Part shown: in pieces, positions 29,100-38,634 of the stretch
Position numbering within the stretch: the stretch's first letter is position 1
Layout of the letters: every line of letters starts with the position of its first letter
NCBI GenBank assembly: GCA_023262255.1
Contig: JALRBT010000001.1
Location: 1 to 59,972, forward strand
Origin: Ilumatobacteraceae bacterium
GTDB lineage: Bacteria > Actinomycetota > Acidimicrobiia > Acidimicrobiales > Ilumatobacteraceae
Reading direction: 5' to 3'
DNA: 59,972 bases
Notes under the pieces: generated by a model
The model's input: only the letters and a program-made list of their open reading frames with translations
Databases searched by the model: none
Told to the model about the DNA's origin: nothing
Program-made: the position numbers and the translations under genes

Positions 29100-29951
29100 T
29101 CAAATGTGATGCAGCGACGCAACCCGCACCCGCGCCCGACGACCGGCGAGGAGATACGTAGCGGTGAACGCCGCTGCCGACACCAGGATGATGGTGGCAC
29201 CGGCACTGGTGTCGAGATGGTACGACAGGTTCATTCCCGCCAGACAACTCATTGCACCAAGGACCGGAGAGAGAAGCAGCATTCGTCCGAAGGAATTGGT
29301 GATCATGCGCGCCGTCGCGGCCGGAATCACCAACAACGCCGAGATCAACAGCGTTCCGATCACGCGCATGGTCACGAGGATGGTGACCGACAGCATCACC
29401 ATGAGCATCACCTCGATGAACGCCACACGCTCGCCCGATACCACGGCTACCTGCGGGTCGAACGTGGCGTACAAGAGGGACCGGTAGGCAACGAGTACCA
29501 CGCCCAGTACAAGCAACGTGACTGCCGTTATCGCAGCGATGTCCACCCCCGACACCCCGAGCACACTGCCGAACAGCACCGCCTCGATGCTCTTTCGCGC
29601 CTGCCCGTAGCGATTCAACAATGCGATACCACCGGCAAAGCTCGCCGTCGTAACGATGCCGATTGCAGCATCCGCCCCGAGGACCTTCCTGCGGGCGATG
29701 CGGCCGATGAGCACGCCCGAAACGATTCCCCACACTCCCGCTCCGACGAAGAAGTTGATCGACATCACGGCCGACGCTGCCGCACCGCCGAAGACGGCGT
29801 GGGAGAGGCCGTGGCCGATGTAGCTCATACCTCGTAGCACCACGAACACCCCGAGTATTCCGCAGAGCGCGCCGGCCAGGGTGGCGGCGATCATTCCCCG
29901 TTGGAAGAACGCGAAGTCATATGGGGCCAGAAGATCGAGCGCAAGCATCAC
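29100..29951 (-). CDS. metal (Zn/Mn/Fe) ABC transporter permease, ABC-3 family
   Basis: 283-aa polytopic protein, last gene of an SBP-ATPase-permease operon joined by 4-nt overlaps. Confidence 0.85.
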   Translation of the reverse strand: MMLALDLLAPYDFAFFQRGMIAATLAGALCGILGVFVVLRGMSYIGHGLSHAVFGGAAASAVMSINFFVGAGVWGIVSGVLIGRIARRKVLGADAAIGIVTTASFAGGIALLNRYGQARKSIEAVLFGSVLGVSGVDIAAITAVTLLVLGVVLVAYRSLLYATFDPQVAVVSGERVAFIEVMLMVMLSVTILVTMRVIGTLLISALLVIPAATARMITNSFGRMLLLSPVLGAMSCLAGMNLSYHLDTSAGATIILVSAAAFTATYLLAGRRARVRVASLHHI

Positions 29952-30754
29952 GGGTTTGCCTGCCGTGATCGACGTAGCGCGCGTTCCGCGTCACGCAACG
30001 ATTCGGAGAGCTCGTAATCGTGGTCGAGCACGATCGGCATTCCACCGTGCTCCAATACGTGCAGCGGCGCCCCATAGGTGCGCTCCAGCACCTCGGGGAT
30101 GAGGGTCTCTCGTGGTGATCCGTCGGCAACCACTTCGCGGTTGATGCAAATGAGGCGTGGAAGATGGGATGCCAAGCCGTTGAGATCGTGCGTGGTGAGG
30201 AGGATCGTGGAACCCCTTGCGTGCAAGTCGTGAAGCAGGTGGAGGATCTCGTGGCGTGTGCGGACGTCGACCCCAGACGTGGGCTCATCCAACAACAGGA
30301 CATCCGGCTTGGCGAACATGGCTCGTGCGACGAACACGCGCTGTTGCTGTCCGCCGCTCAATTCACGAATGTGTCGGTTCTCCAGTCCACCCAGACCAAG
30401 ACTGGCGAGCACCTCTGCTGCTTCGTTGCGCTCCTCGTCGGTGATGGTCGGCCAACGGCGTCTGGTTCTGGTCATCGCCAACACCTCACCGACGGTGATC
30501 GGAAAATTCCAATCCACCGACTCCACTTGCGGTACGTATCCGATTCGAACTTCGCGCGAACGTTCGACGCTTCCCCGGGCGGCACGCACCGCACCCGTGA
30601 GTGCTCGCAGCAGCGAGGTCTTGCCCGAACCGGACGGACCGACGATGCCCACGAACTCGCCCCGTCGAACGTGGATGGTCACGTTCTCGAGCGCGATATT
30701 GGAGCCGTAGGCAATCGTGAGTGCGTCGCAGCGCAGGATTGCGTTGGAACTCAA
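29948..30754 (-). CDS. metal ABC transporter ATP-binding protein
   Basis: Walker A GPSGSGKTS, signature LSGGQQQR, and Walker B LLLLDEP. Confidence 0.9.
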   Translation of the reverse strand: MSSNAILRCDALTIAYGSNIALENVTIHVRRGEFVGIVGPSGSGKTSLLRALTGAVRAARGSVERSREVRIGYVPQVESVDWNFPITVGEVLAMTRTRRRWPTITDEERNEAAEVLASLGLGGLENRHIRELSGGQQQRVFVARAMFAKPDVLLLDEPTSGVDVRTRHEILHLLHDLHARGSTILLTTHDLNGLASHLPRLICINREVVADGSPRETLIPEVLERTYGAPLHVLEHGGMPIVLDHDYELSESLRDAERALRRSRQANP

Positions 30755-31788
30755 CGGCTGTACTCGGCCCGATCAACGACTGGAGACGACATCTTCAACT
30801 CCTGAAGCGTAGTTGCGTCGCCGCCGAGCGCCTCCACCATGGTGATGAAATTGAATCGCATCAGCCCTTGCCACGAGTGATCCGCATCGCCCGGCTCGCC
30901 CGGAAGGTCGTCGTCGCGCAGAACCTCGATGTATCGAGAGCCGGTCTCGGCTCCGATCTGCTCGAGCACGGGCGACGGAAATACCTCACTGCCGAAGATT
31001 GCCGGCACTCGCCGCTCGCGAATCTGCTCGATGAGATCGGTGACGTCCTTCGGAGTCGGTTCATCAAACGACGATGGTTGAATCGCCCCGACCACCGTCC
31101 AGTCGTAGTGCACGGCGAAATAGGCGTACGCATCGTGGTACGTCAACAACAGTCGAGCGTCGGCGGGAATGGTGGCGGTGGCACTCGCCATTGCGGTATC
31201 CAACGCATCGATCTGCTCCGCGAGCAACCCGAAGTTGCGCTCGTACGCGGATGTATTCGATGGATCGAGATCGCACATCACGTCGCGCACGATCTCGGCG
31301 TACGCTCGGGCCATCGGTGGGTTGGTCCACAAGTGTGGATTCGGCTTTCCGCCTTCCTTCGGAAACGAGAAGTCGTAGATCCACTCGTCTTCCGGCAGGA
31401 TCGCCGTACCCAGTTCGCACAGCACGGCATCGGCGCCCGCGTTGGAACGAGCCAGGTCCTTGGTGGGTTCCTCCAGCACCAAGCCGTTCATGAACACCAC
31501 GTCGGCTCCCTCCATCACCGCGGCGGCACTTGGTGGCGGCTCGAAGGTGTGCGAATTGGTCCCCTCGGGAACCAGACCGACGATCACCGGACCCGCATCC
31601 CCCACCACTTGGGCCACCAAACTCGTAATCGGTGCAACGGTGGTAACGATGCGGACGTCTCGTCCCTCCACCGGCGCCGTTACATCGCAGGTGGCCTCGT
31701 CAACACCGTCGGTCTCTCCACCGTTCGATGTACACCCCACCACGCCGACCGCGCTGACAGCACAAAATACAGCGAAAATCCGCCTCAT
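30751..31788 (-). CDS. metal ABC transporter substrate-binding lipoprotein (TroA/ZnuA cluster A-I)
   Basis: Signal peptide with lipobox VVGC; [10 protein letters not shown] and [12 protein letters not shown] motifs. Confidence 0.85.
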   Translation of the reverse strand: MRRIFAVFCAVSAVGVVGCTSNGGETDGVDEATCDVTAPVEGRDVRIVTTVAPITSLVAQVVGDAGPVIVGLVPEGTNSHTFEPPPSAAAVMEGADVVFMNGLVLEEPTKDLARSNAGADAVLCELGTAILPEDEWIYDFSFPKEGGKPNPHLWTNPPMARAYAEIVRDVMCDLDPSNTSAYERNFGLLAEQIDALDTAMASATATIPADARLLLTYHDAYAYFAVHYDWTVVGAIQPSSFDEPTPKDVTDLIEQIRERRVPAIFGSEVFPSPVLEQIGAETGSRYIEVLRDDDLPGEPGDADHSWQGLMRFNFITMVEALGGDATTLQELKMSSPVVDRAEYSR

Positions 31789-31829
31789 ACGATGAGACTA
31801 GTTTCCGCGAGAACTGGCAGTATGGCGAT

Positions 31830-33257
31830 ATGACCAATTACCAAAAGTTCTTCATCAACGGCAAGTGGGTGTCATCCTCCGGCAACGACACCATTCAGGT
31901 GTTCGATTCGACCGACGAGTCGGTGATGGCAACCATTCCCGCGGGAACCGCAGCCGATGTGGACGCTGCGTCAAAAGCCGCACACGCAGCATTCGAATCG
32001 TGGTCGACGATGGACGTACAGGAACGCGCCAAGTACATGAGCCGCATCGGTGACGGTCTTGCAGGACGCATGGACGAGATCGCCACCGCCATCTCCCGAG
32101 AAACCGGAATGGTGAAGATGTTGAGCCAACTCGTACAAGTCGGCCTGCCGATCAACTCGTTCAAGCAGGCTGCTGCAATCGCAGAGAAGTATTCCTACAG
32201 CAAGGAGGTTGGCAATTCACTCGTGGTGCGCGAGCCCGTCGGAGTGGTCGGCTGCATCACCCCGTGGAACTATCCACTCCACCAGATTGCGGCAAAGGTT
32301 GCGTTTGCGATGGCTGCCGGGTGCACCGTGGTGCTGAAGCCCAGCGAAGTGGCACCGCTCGATGCGTTCATGCTCGCCGAGATCATCGACGAAGTCGGGC
32401 TACCGGCCGGCGTATTCAACATGGTTACGGGTGTCGGCCCGGTGGTAGGCGAAGCGATCGCGGCACATCCACTCATCGACATGGTGTCGTTCACCGGCAG
32501 CACTCGCGCCGGCAAGCGCGTGATGCAGGTTGGTGCAGAGAGCATCAAGCGGGTTGCGCTCGAGTTGGGCGGAAAGTCGGCGAACATCATCGGCGAGGAC
32601 CTCGACGAGGCAACCTTCGCCAAAGCGGTGATGTCCGGTGTAGGTAAGGCGTTCTTGAACAGCGGTCAAACCTGCTCTGCGCTCACACGCATGCTGGTAC
32701 CCAAGTCGCGTCTGATCGAGGCCGAGCAGCACGCGGCAGCGGCTGCGTCGAAGATGAAGGTCGGCGATCCGTTCGCCGAAGGAACGAACCTCGGACCGCT
32801 GGCGTCGGCCGCCCAGCGCGATCGAGTAAACGGTTACATCCAAAAGGGCATCGACGAGGGTGCGAAGTTGCTCGTTGGTGGCGTCGGAGTGCCGGAGGGT
32901 GTCGAGAAGGGCTACTACGTTCAGCCCACCGTGTTCTCCCAGGTGACCACCGATATGACCATCGCCAAGGAGGAAATCTTCGGCCCAGTGCTCAGCATCA
33001 TCGCCTACGACGACATCGACGACGCGGTTCGCATCGCCAACATCACCGACTACGGCTTGGCTGGTGGCGTGTGGCTCGCCGACAAGGATAAAGCCACGGC
33101 GGTTGCCAAGCGCATGCGCACCGGCCAGGTGGAGGTCAACGGCGGAGCCTTCAATCCGAATGCACCGTTCGGCGGCTACAAGCAATCGGGCAACGGCCGC
33201 GAGTACGGAGAGTACGGCTTCGAGGAGTTCCTGGAAATCAAGAGCCTGCAGATCTAA
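31830..33257 (+). CDS. NAD(P)-dependent aldehyde dehydrogenase
   Basis: [25 protein letters not shown] (catalytic Cys) and EEIFGPV. Confidence 0.9.
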   Translation: MTNYQKFFINGKWVSSSGNDTIQVFDSTDESVMATIPAGTAADVDAASKAAHAAFESWSTMDVQERAKYMSRIGDGLAGRMDEIATAISRETGMVKMLSQLVQVGLPINSFKQAAAIAEKYSYSKEVGNSLVVREPVGVVGCITPWNYPLHQIAAKVAFAMAAGCTVVLKPSEVAPLDAFMLAEIIDEVGLPAGVFNMVTGVGPVVGEAIAAHPLIDMVSFTGSTRAGKRVMQVGAESIKRVALELGGKSANIIGEDLDEATFAKAVMSGVGKAFLNSGQTCSALTRMLVPKSRLIEAEQHAAAAASKMKVGDPFAEGTNLGPLASAAQRDRVNGYIQKGIDEGAKLLVGGVGVPEGVEKGYYVQPTVFSQVTTDMTIAKEEIFGPVLSIIAYDDIDDAVRIANITDYGLAGGVWLADKDKATAVAKRMRTGQVEVNGGAFNPNAPFGGYKQSGNGREYGEYGFEEFLEIKSLQI

Positions 33258-33304
33258 CCCGCGTGCCCGAATCGCTCGGCAGCAATAAACTAAGTGGAAC
33301 CATT

Positions 33305-33379
<75 letters not shown>

Positions 33380-33423
33380 CTCTTTGTTGTGGCTGCGTGT
33401 GCTCGCAGTGCGTCGCGGCAACG

Positions 33424-33549
33424 TCAGCCTGAAACGCCGCGTTCGCGGTCGGCGGCTTCGCGAACCGACATCATCGCGAACAGGAATGCGCCCGTACCGA
33501 CGATGAAGAAGATCACGCAACCGAACCCGAAGAGCGCTCCCTGGCTCAT
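33424..33549 (-). CDS. tiny hydrophobic protein (41 aa, one predicted TM segment)
   Basis: The ATG at 33549 lies one nt after the upstream stop (33551-33553). Sequence: MSQGALFGFGCVIFFIVGTGAFLFAMM. Confidence 0.4.
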   Translation of the reverse strand: MSQGALFGFGCVIFFIVGTGAFLFAMMSVREAADRERGVSG

Positions 33550-33550
33550 C

Positions 33551-33745
33551 TCAACTCCTGTTGCGCTGCGCGGCAACCAGAAAGGCCCCGAGCGCCAGGA
33601 TCGACGGCACCCAGGTACCGACGAAAATACCGTTGAGTTTGTCATCCATCGACCCGTCGTTGGCGAAGAACAGCCACACGCTGAGGACGAGGCTGGCTGC
33701 TGCTGCGAGCAGCGTGGTGAATTGGAGGATCTTGACAGGTTTCAT
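33551..33745 (-). CDS. small membrane protein (64 aa, two predicted TM segments)
   Basis: MKPVKILQFTTLLAAAASLVLSVWLFF ... WVPSILALGAFLVAA. Start chosen at the ATG at 33745. Confidence 0.45.
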   Translation of the reverse strand: MKPVKILQFTTLLAAAASLVLSVWLFFANDGSMDDKLNGIFVGTWVPSILALGAFLVAAQRNRS

Positions 33746-33755
33746 ATGTTCGTGC

Positions 33756-34136
33756 CTAATAGACACTCCACGGTTCGAGGTGGATGCCTTCCGTTCCCAA
33801 CCAATCAGCGGGTACCACCAGCAGTGCCGGGCGTCGTTGCCGTGTCTCGATCACGATCACCTCACGGCCGGGGGTGAGCCACACCCACGCCCATCGACCG
33901 CGATGACCCTTCCAACTGAACCACCCCATGGCTTGCTGTCGTGATAACGCCGTGCCCGCAATCTTCCAGCGCAGTCGCCGACCTACCGTCAGCGAGTCGC
34001 TTCGCCACATGCCGATGATCTCCCCTGCGGAGAACCGTCGAGTTCTCTGAGCATGCACACCAACCCAGCGAGCGGTACTGGAGAGCGATAACAGCACGCT
34101 TCCGTCGGATTCGACGACGAGTTTGGAGCGATGCAC
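33756..34136 (-). CDS. hypothetical protein, possibly a bacterial PH-like domain
   Basis: 126-aa basic, Trp-rich protein (WRSDSLTVGRRLRWKI ... RRPALLVVP) directly downstream of fba. The family call is tentative. Confidence 0.45.
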   Translation of the reverse strand: MHRSKLVVESDGSVLLSLSSTARWVGVHAQRTRRFSAGEIIGMWRSDSLTVGRRLRWKIAGTALSRQQAMGWFSWKGHRGRWAWVWLTPGREVIVIETRQRRPALLVVPADWLGTEGIHLEPWSVY

Positions 34137-34150
34137 GAAGCAACGAGTCG

Positions 34151-35044
34151 TCAGGTAATCGAGGCGGCGTAAATGCCCGCGATGGTGGCGTCGAACATCG
34201 CATTGAACTCGGCGTCGCTCTGTTTGGCCGACAGTCCTTCGGTGAGGGCACGCGAAAAACTGGCAATCATGCCGTGGTTTTCGCTGAGTTTCTGGTTGGC
34301 ATCGTCGCGCGAATACCCGCCCGACAGCGCAACAACACGCAACACGCTCGGATGAGCGATGAGATTGGCGTAGAAGTTTGTCGTCGACGGAAGGGTGAGC
34401 TTCAGCATCACCGGCTGTGACTGGGGCTGCTTGTCCAGTTCGGCCACGATGGCGTCGCGGAGCATCGACTCCGCTTCGGCCTTTTGTGGACTCTTGATGT
34501 CCACCTCCGGCTCGATGATCGGAACGAGACCATGACCGATGATCTGACGGCCGACGGCAAATTGCTGCGCCACCACCGCGACGATTCCGTCGCGATTCGC
34601 CAACTTGATGACCGAACGCATCTTGGTGCCGAATATTCCCTTGCCGACTGCGCGACCGAGCAGCCCATCGAGGTCGGGCATCGGTTTCATCAACTGCACA
34701 CCGTTGCCTTCATCAGCCAAACCCTTGTCCACCTTGAGGAAGGGAATCACCTGCTTGTTTTCCCACAGATACGTGGCGCTACCCACGCCGTCGATCTCGC
34801 GATCCATGGTGCCCTCGAACAAGATGGCACCGAGCACGCGGTCACCCGAGAATGCCGGACTCTTGATCATCCGAGTTCGCATCGCGTGAATGAGATCGAA
34901 CATCTGGGCTTCACCCGAATATTCCGACTCGGCGATGCCGTACAGCGAGAGTGCCTTGGGTGTGCTTCCACCGCTCTGGTCGAGAGCCGCGATGAAACCC
35001 TTTCCGTTGCGCATGCGATCGAGTTGTTGCGGGTTGATGGCCAT
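34151..35044 (-). CDS. class I fructose-bisphosphate aldolase
   Basis: [19 protein letters not shown] and [11 protein letters not shown] (Schiff-base Lys region); 297 aa. Confidence 0.9.
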   Translation of the reverse strand: MAINPQQLDRMRNGKGFIAALDQSGGSTPKALSLYGIAESEYSGEAQMFDLIHAMRTRMIKSPAFSGDRVLGAILFEGTMDREIDGVGSATYLWENKQVIPFLKVDKGLADEGNGVQLMKPMPDLDGLLGRAVGKGIFGTKMRSVIKLANRDGIVAVVAQQFAVGRQIIGHGLVPIIEPEVDIKSPQKAEAESMLRDAIVAELDKQPQSQPVMLKLTLPSTTNFYANLIAHPSVLRVVALSGGYSRDDANQKLSENHGMIASFSRALTEGLSAKQSDAEFNAMFDATIAGIYAASIT

Positions 35045-35079
35045 GGGATACTCCTCCCCTCGAAGAATAGTGTGAACCC

Positions 35080-35859
35080 ATGTTCGCCATCGTCACGGGT
35101 GCGTCGACCGGCATCGGTGCGGCAATCGCAAAGACGTTGGTCAAGGCCGGACACTCGGTTGCCGGAATAGCACGAGACGCAGACAAGCTCGCCGCGCTTC
35201 ACCGCGCCCTCGGCGAGCGATTCGAGCCACACGCGTGCGACATAACGGACGACGCGGTGTTCTCCGCAGTACTCCGGCAGATCGCCGACACCCACGGGAG
35301 AATCGATCTGCTCGTCAACAACGCCGGATCGGCCAAGGTGATGTCCATCGCCGACACCACGCCCGAGCAATTTCGCGAAATGCACGAGCTCAACGTGCAT
35401 GCGCCGGCCACCGCAATTCACACATTGTGGTCAACCATCTGCGCACACGGCGATGCACGAATCGTGAACGTGTCTTCACTCGCCCAACTGGATCCGTTCC
35501 CGGGATTCTTTGCCTATGCATCCTCGAAATCGGCGCTGCACTTGTTGACCGTGGTGGCAAACGCCGAAGGCGAGCCGCACGGCGTGCGCGCATTCACGGT
35601 GGCTCCGGGCGTGGTGGATACTCCGCTACATCGTTCGTTGATGCCCGAGGGCATCGCGCCAGTCGATGGGCTTTCATCCACGCTGCAACCCACCGACGTT
35701 GCGGCACTGGTGATGAAGATCGCCGATGGATTGCTCGACGCACGCGCCGGGTGGGTGCTGGCGATGCCTGCACCTGCGGCCGTCGCTTCACTGCGACGGT
35801 GGATCATCGAGCATCCGGGCGGCGGCGTGGACATCGTCTCGGGCGAAGACCACTCGTAG
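35080..35859 (+). CDS. short-chain dehydrogenase/reductase; candidate sepiapterin/pterin reductase by context
   Basis: [10 protein letters not shown] (TGxxxGxG), NNAG, and YASSKSA (YxxxK). A PTPS gene starts 9 nt downstream. Confidence 0.8.
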   Translation: MFAIVTGASTGIGAAIAKTLVKAGHSVAGIARDADKLAALHRALGERFEPHACDITDDAVFSAVLRQIADTHGRIDLLVNNAGSAKVMSIADTTPEQFREMHELNVHAPATAIHTLWSTICAHGDARIVNVSSLAQLDPFPGFFAYASSKSALHLLTVVANAEGEPHGVRAFTVAPGVVDTPLHRSLMPEGIAPVDGLSSTLQPTDVAALVMKIADGLLDARAGWVLAMPAPAAVASLRRWIIEHPGGGVDIVSGEDHS

Positions 35860-35867
35860 CCTGAGAG

Positions 35868-36320
35868 GTGCCCATGAGTGCTGCGAACGTGCCACGTGTT
35901 GCCGTGTACCGGCACGAGCACTTCAACGCCGCACATCGCATTCACAATCCGAGCCTCAGTGATGCCGAGAATGCCGCCTTGTACGGCAAGTGCAACAATG
36001 CGAACGGTCATGGCCACAACTACGAACTCACCGTTCGCGTCTGCGGACCGGTGGATCCCGTGGTGGGCTACGTGATGGATCTGGGCGTTCTGTCCGCCCT
36101 CATCAAGCGCCACGTGCTCGACCACCTTGACCACAAACACCTGAACCTCGACGTCCCCGAATTTCTCTCCGTCAATCCCACCGCCGAGAACATCGCCGTG
36201 GTCATCCATGGGTTGCTGCGCCCGCACATTCCGGAGAAACTCGACGTGCACGTGATACTGGCCGAGACCCCGCGCAACATCGTGCAGTTCCCTGCCGACA
36301 TCGTCGCCACGATCAACTGA
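35868..36320 (+). CDS. 6-pyruvoyl-tetrahydropterin synthase family protein (C-X5-HGH type)
   Basis: [12 protein letters not shown] and [16 protein letters not shown] closely resemble animal-type [12 protein letters not shown] is also present. Confidence 0.85.
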   Translation: MPMSAANVPRVAVYRHEHFNAAHRIHNPSLSDAENAALYGKCNNANGHGHNYELTVRVCGPVDPVVGYVMDLGVLSALIKRHVLDHLDHKHLNLDVPEFLSVNPTAENIAVVIHGLLRPHIPEKLDVHVILAETPRNIVQFPADIVATIN

Positions 36321-36370
36321 GCGACCCCACATACACCGAAGGCGACAACACCAACCCGAAAGGACGAACC

Positions 36371-36967
36371 ATGGCCTACAAGAAGATCGAAACCTATGAC
36401 GAAGCAACCACCAATGGTCTGGCAGCGGCGTTCAAGGACATTCTCGATCTCATCGGGGAGGATTCGAACCGTGAAGGTCTCCTCAAGACTCCGGAACGCG
36501 TGGCCAAAGCGATGCAGTTCCTCACTCAGGGCCAGGGTCACGATCCCGTGGAGATCATCCGGGGAGCAATCTTCACCGAGAGCGTGCAGGAGATGGTGAT
36601 CGTGAAGGACGTGGAAATGTACAGCCTCTGCGAGCACCACATGATCCCCTTCTACGGTAAGGCGCACGTTGCCTACATTCCGAACGGCTACATCACCGGA
36701 CTCTCCAAGGTTGCACGGGTGGTCGACGTCTGTGCACGACGACTACAAGTGCAGGAGCGACTCACCACACAGATTCGCGATGCATTCCAGGAGGCCCTCA
36801 GCCCGCTCGGTGTCGCAGTGGTCATCGAAGCCAAGCACTTGTGCATGATGATGCGCGGGGTCGAAAAACAGAACTCGGTGACCACCACCTCGGCCTTCTG
36901 CGGTGCATTCGAACACGAACCGACACGCAGCGAATTCCTGCGGCTGCTCAGCAGCCACCTGTCGTAA
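36371..36967 (+). CDS. folE: GTP cyclohydrolase I
   Basis: [32 protein letters not shown] and QERLT. Confidence 0.95.
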   Translation: MAYKKIETYDEATTNGLAAAFKDILDLIGEDSNREGLLKTPERVAKAMQFLTQGQGHDPVEIIRGAIFTESVQEMVIVKDVEMYSLCEHHMIPFYGKAHVAYIPNGYITGLSKVARVVDVCARRLQVQERLTTQIRDAFQEALSPLGVAVVIEAKHLCMMMRGVEKQNSVTTTSAFCGAFEHEPTRSEFLRLLSSHLS

Positions 36968-36971
36968 CGCG

Positions 36972-37520
36972 CTACGCGGCGAGTTCGCGTGCCAGAGCCG
37001 ACAACGGCTCAATGACCGTCGGGTCGACCGTTCCGTCGGCCGCAATCAGGGTGTTGATCTTTGGGAACAGCAACTCCGACCCAATCAGCGTTGCCCCGAA
37101 AAGTGGAATCATGGTGCGGAGATACTCCACCGACGCCTTGCCGCCACGGTCACCCGGCGCGCAGCCGAACACGCCCATTCGGCGACCAATCAGTGAGTGC
37201 TTGGCGAACGGGCGCGATGCCCAGTCGATGAAGTTCTTCAAGCCGCCGGGAATGTTGTAGTTGTATTCCGGGGTACCGATGAGCACGGCGTGGCACTCGG
37301 TCAATTCATGCCGCATGTCGGCAACCACCGATGGCGGAGCCTCGGTGTCGAGGTCGCCGTCGTAGATCGGCAATGAGCGCACGTAATCGCGGAGAACGAA
37401 TTCCACACCATCCGAAGCGCCAAAACCGTGGGAGGACTCGGCAATGACGGCACGGCACAACGCAGTGGTGAACGATGCCGAACGCAAACTTCCCGACACG
37501 ACGATGATGCGTTTTGTCAC
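36972..37520 (-). CDS. NAD(P)H-dependent FMN reductase family oxidoreductase
   Basis: IIVVSGSLRSASFT and TPEYNYNIPGGLKNFIDW. Confidence 0.8.
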   Translation of the reverse strand: MTKRIIVVSGSLRSASFTTALCRAVIAESSHGFGASDGVEFVLRDYVRSLPIYDGDLDTEAPPSVVADMRHELTECHAVLIGTPEYNYNIPGGLKNFIDWASRPFAKHSLIGRRMGVFGCAPGDRGGKASVEYLRTMIPLFGATLIGSELLFPKINTLIAADGTVDPTVIEPLSALARELAA

Positions 37521-37531
37521 GGTGCGACACG

Positions 37532-38599
37532 CTACTCGCCGTCGACGACCTCCGCCGCAAAACCCTGACTGCGAAGCGAGTCCAGTGCATTGCGGGCCCC
37601 CGTGCCGGAGATTCGAACGACGATTTCTTCGTCGTCATCCGACGACATCGCTCGACCACCGACGGATAAAAGCAGGTCCGCAGTGTCACGAGCGAGACGT
37701 TCGAAGTGCCGCCACACGAGTTCGAGTCCCGGTTGTTCGACGGCGCGTGCGCCATACTGTTCGGCTGCTGCACGCGACATGGTCATCCACGGGCCAACCA
37801 ATTCGTCGATCTCCCCTGCATCGAAGGCTGCCGCAACCAGGGGCACCAGATTCTGCCGACCGTCCATCGGTCGCCACGGAAATCCAAGACGTTGGGCCGC
37901 AGGTGCGATGACGTCGGCACCCAACCACAGGCCGCAGCGGGCAGGCGCCAGGAGATGTCGTGCCAGGCGGCGTGGACCCATCCTTGCGATTGGTGGCGAC
38001 TCAGGAAGTTGCGAGGTGTCGAGCAATGGCAGTGGTCGCAGCAGATCCGCCTCGTCGGCGAGGAACTGCGAGATGGCACGTGCCAATCCTTCGTATGCCG
38101 TGCCGCGCCCCGCAGATTCGATGGCGTTCAGTGCGTGATTCGCCCACCACCCCAGATGATCGGCGAACAACCGTCGTTGTGCCTCGACGTGTCGAGACCC
38201 TTCGTCGGGTCGTTCACCCTTCCACGCCGCTGCTTCCAGCCCGATCAAAAACGAGTGTGCACGAAGTTCCAGACCCAGATGATCCGGCCCGGCGACGCGC
38301 CAGCGAGCGGTTCGATGCTCGTCAAATCCGATGTCGTCGAAATGGTCGGCGACACGGGACGACACGACTCCCCCGCGCTCCGCGGAGTCGGAGCGAAACA
38401 CGCTCTCGTACGGCGGAACCGTTCGCAGGAAGATCCGCTCGTACTCCACCGTCGTGGCGGCGGAACCCAATGCCTGAAGCTCGGGCACCTGGGCAACCAA
38501 TGCTGCGGTTTGCGGTCCGGGCTCGCTCAGGAGCAGTGCACCGGCCAATGCGGCAAAGGCAGCGCGACGTTCGGCGCGCTCGGCGAGGTCGACGGTCAT
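37532..38599 (-). CDS. TorD/NarJ-like redox-enzyme maturation chaperone with a roughly 180-aa extra C-terminal region
   Basis: The N-terminal third carries the TorD-family EYERIFL...PPYESVF pattern. It is the last gene of the Mo-enzyme operon. At 355 aa it is well above the size I recall for TorD-family chaperones (about 200 aa). Confidence 0.6.
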   Translation of the reverse strand: MTVDLAERAERRAAFAALAGALLLSEPGPQTAALVAQVPELQALGSAATTVEYERIFLRTVPPYESVFRSDSAERGGVVSSRVADHFDDIGFDEHRTARWRVAGPDHLGLELRAHSFLIGLEAAAWKGERPDEGSRHVEAQRRLFADHLGWWANHALNAIESAGRGTAYEGLARAISQFLADEADLLRPLPLLDTSQLPESPPIARMGPRRLARHLLAPARCGLWLGADVIAPAAQRLGFPWRPMDGRQNLVPLVAAAFDAGEIDELVGPWMTMSRAAAEQYGARAVEQPGLELVWRHFERLARDTADLLLSVGGRAMSSDDDEEIVVRISGTGARNALDSLRSQGFAAEVVDGE

Positions 38600-38634
38600 C
38601 CGCGAGAACGAACGCTAACGACCGCGCCGAACCG

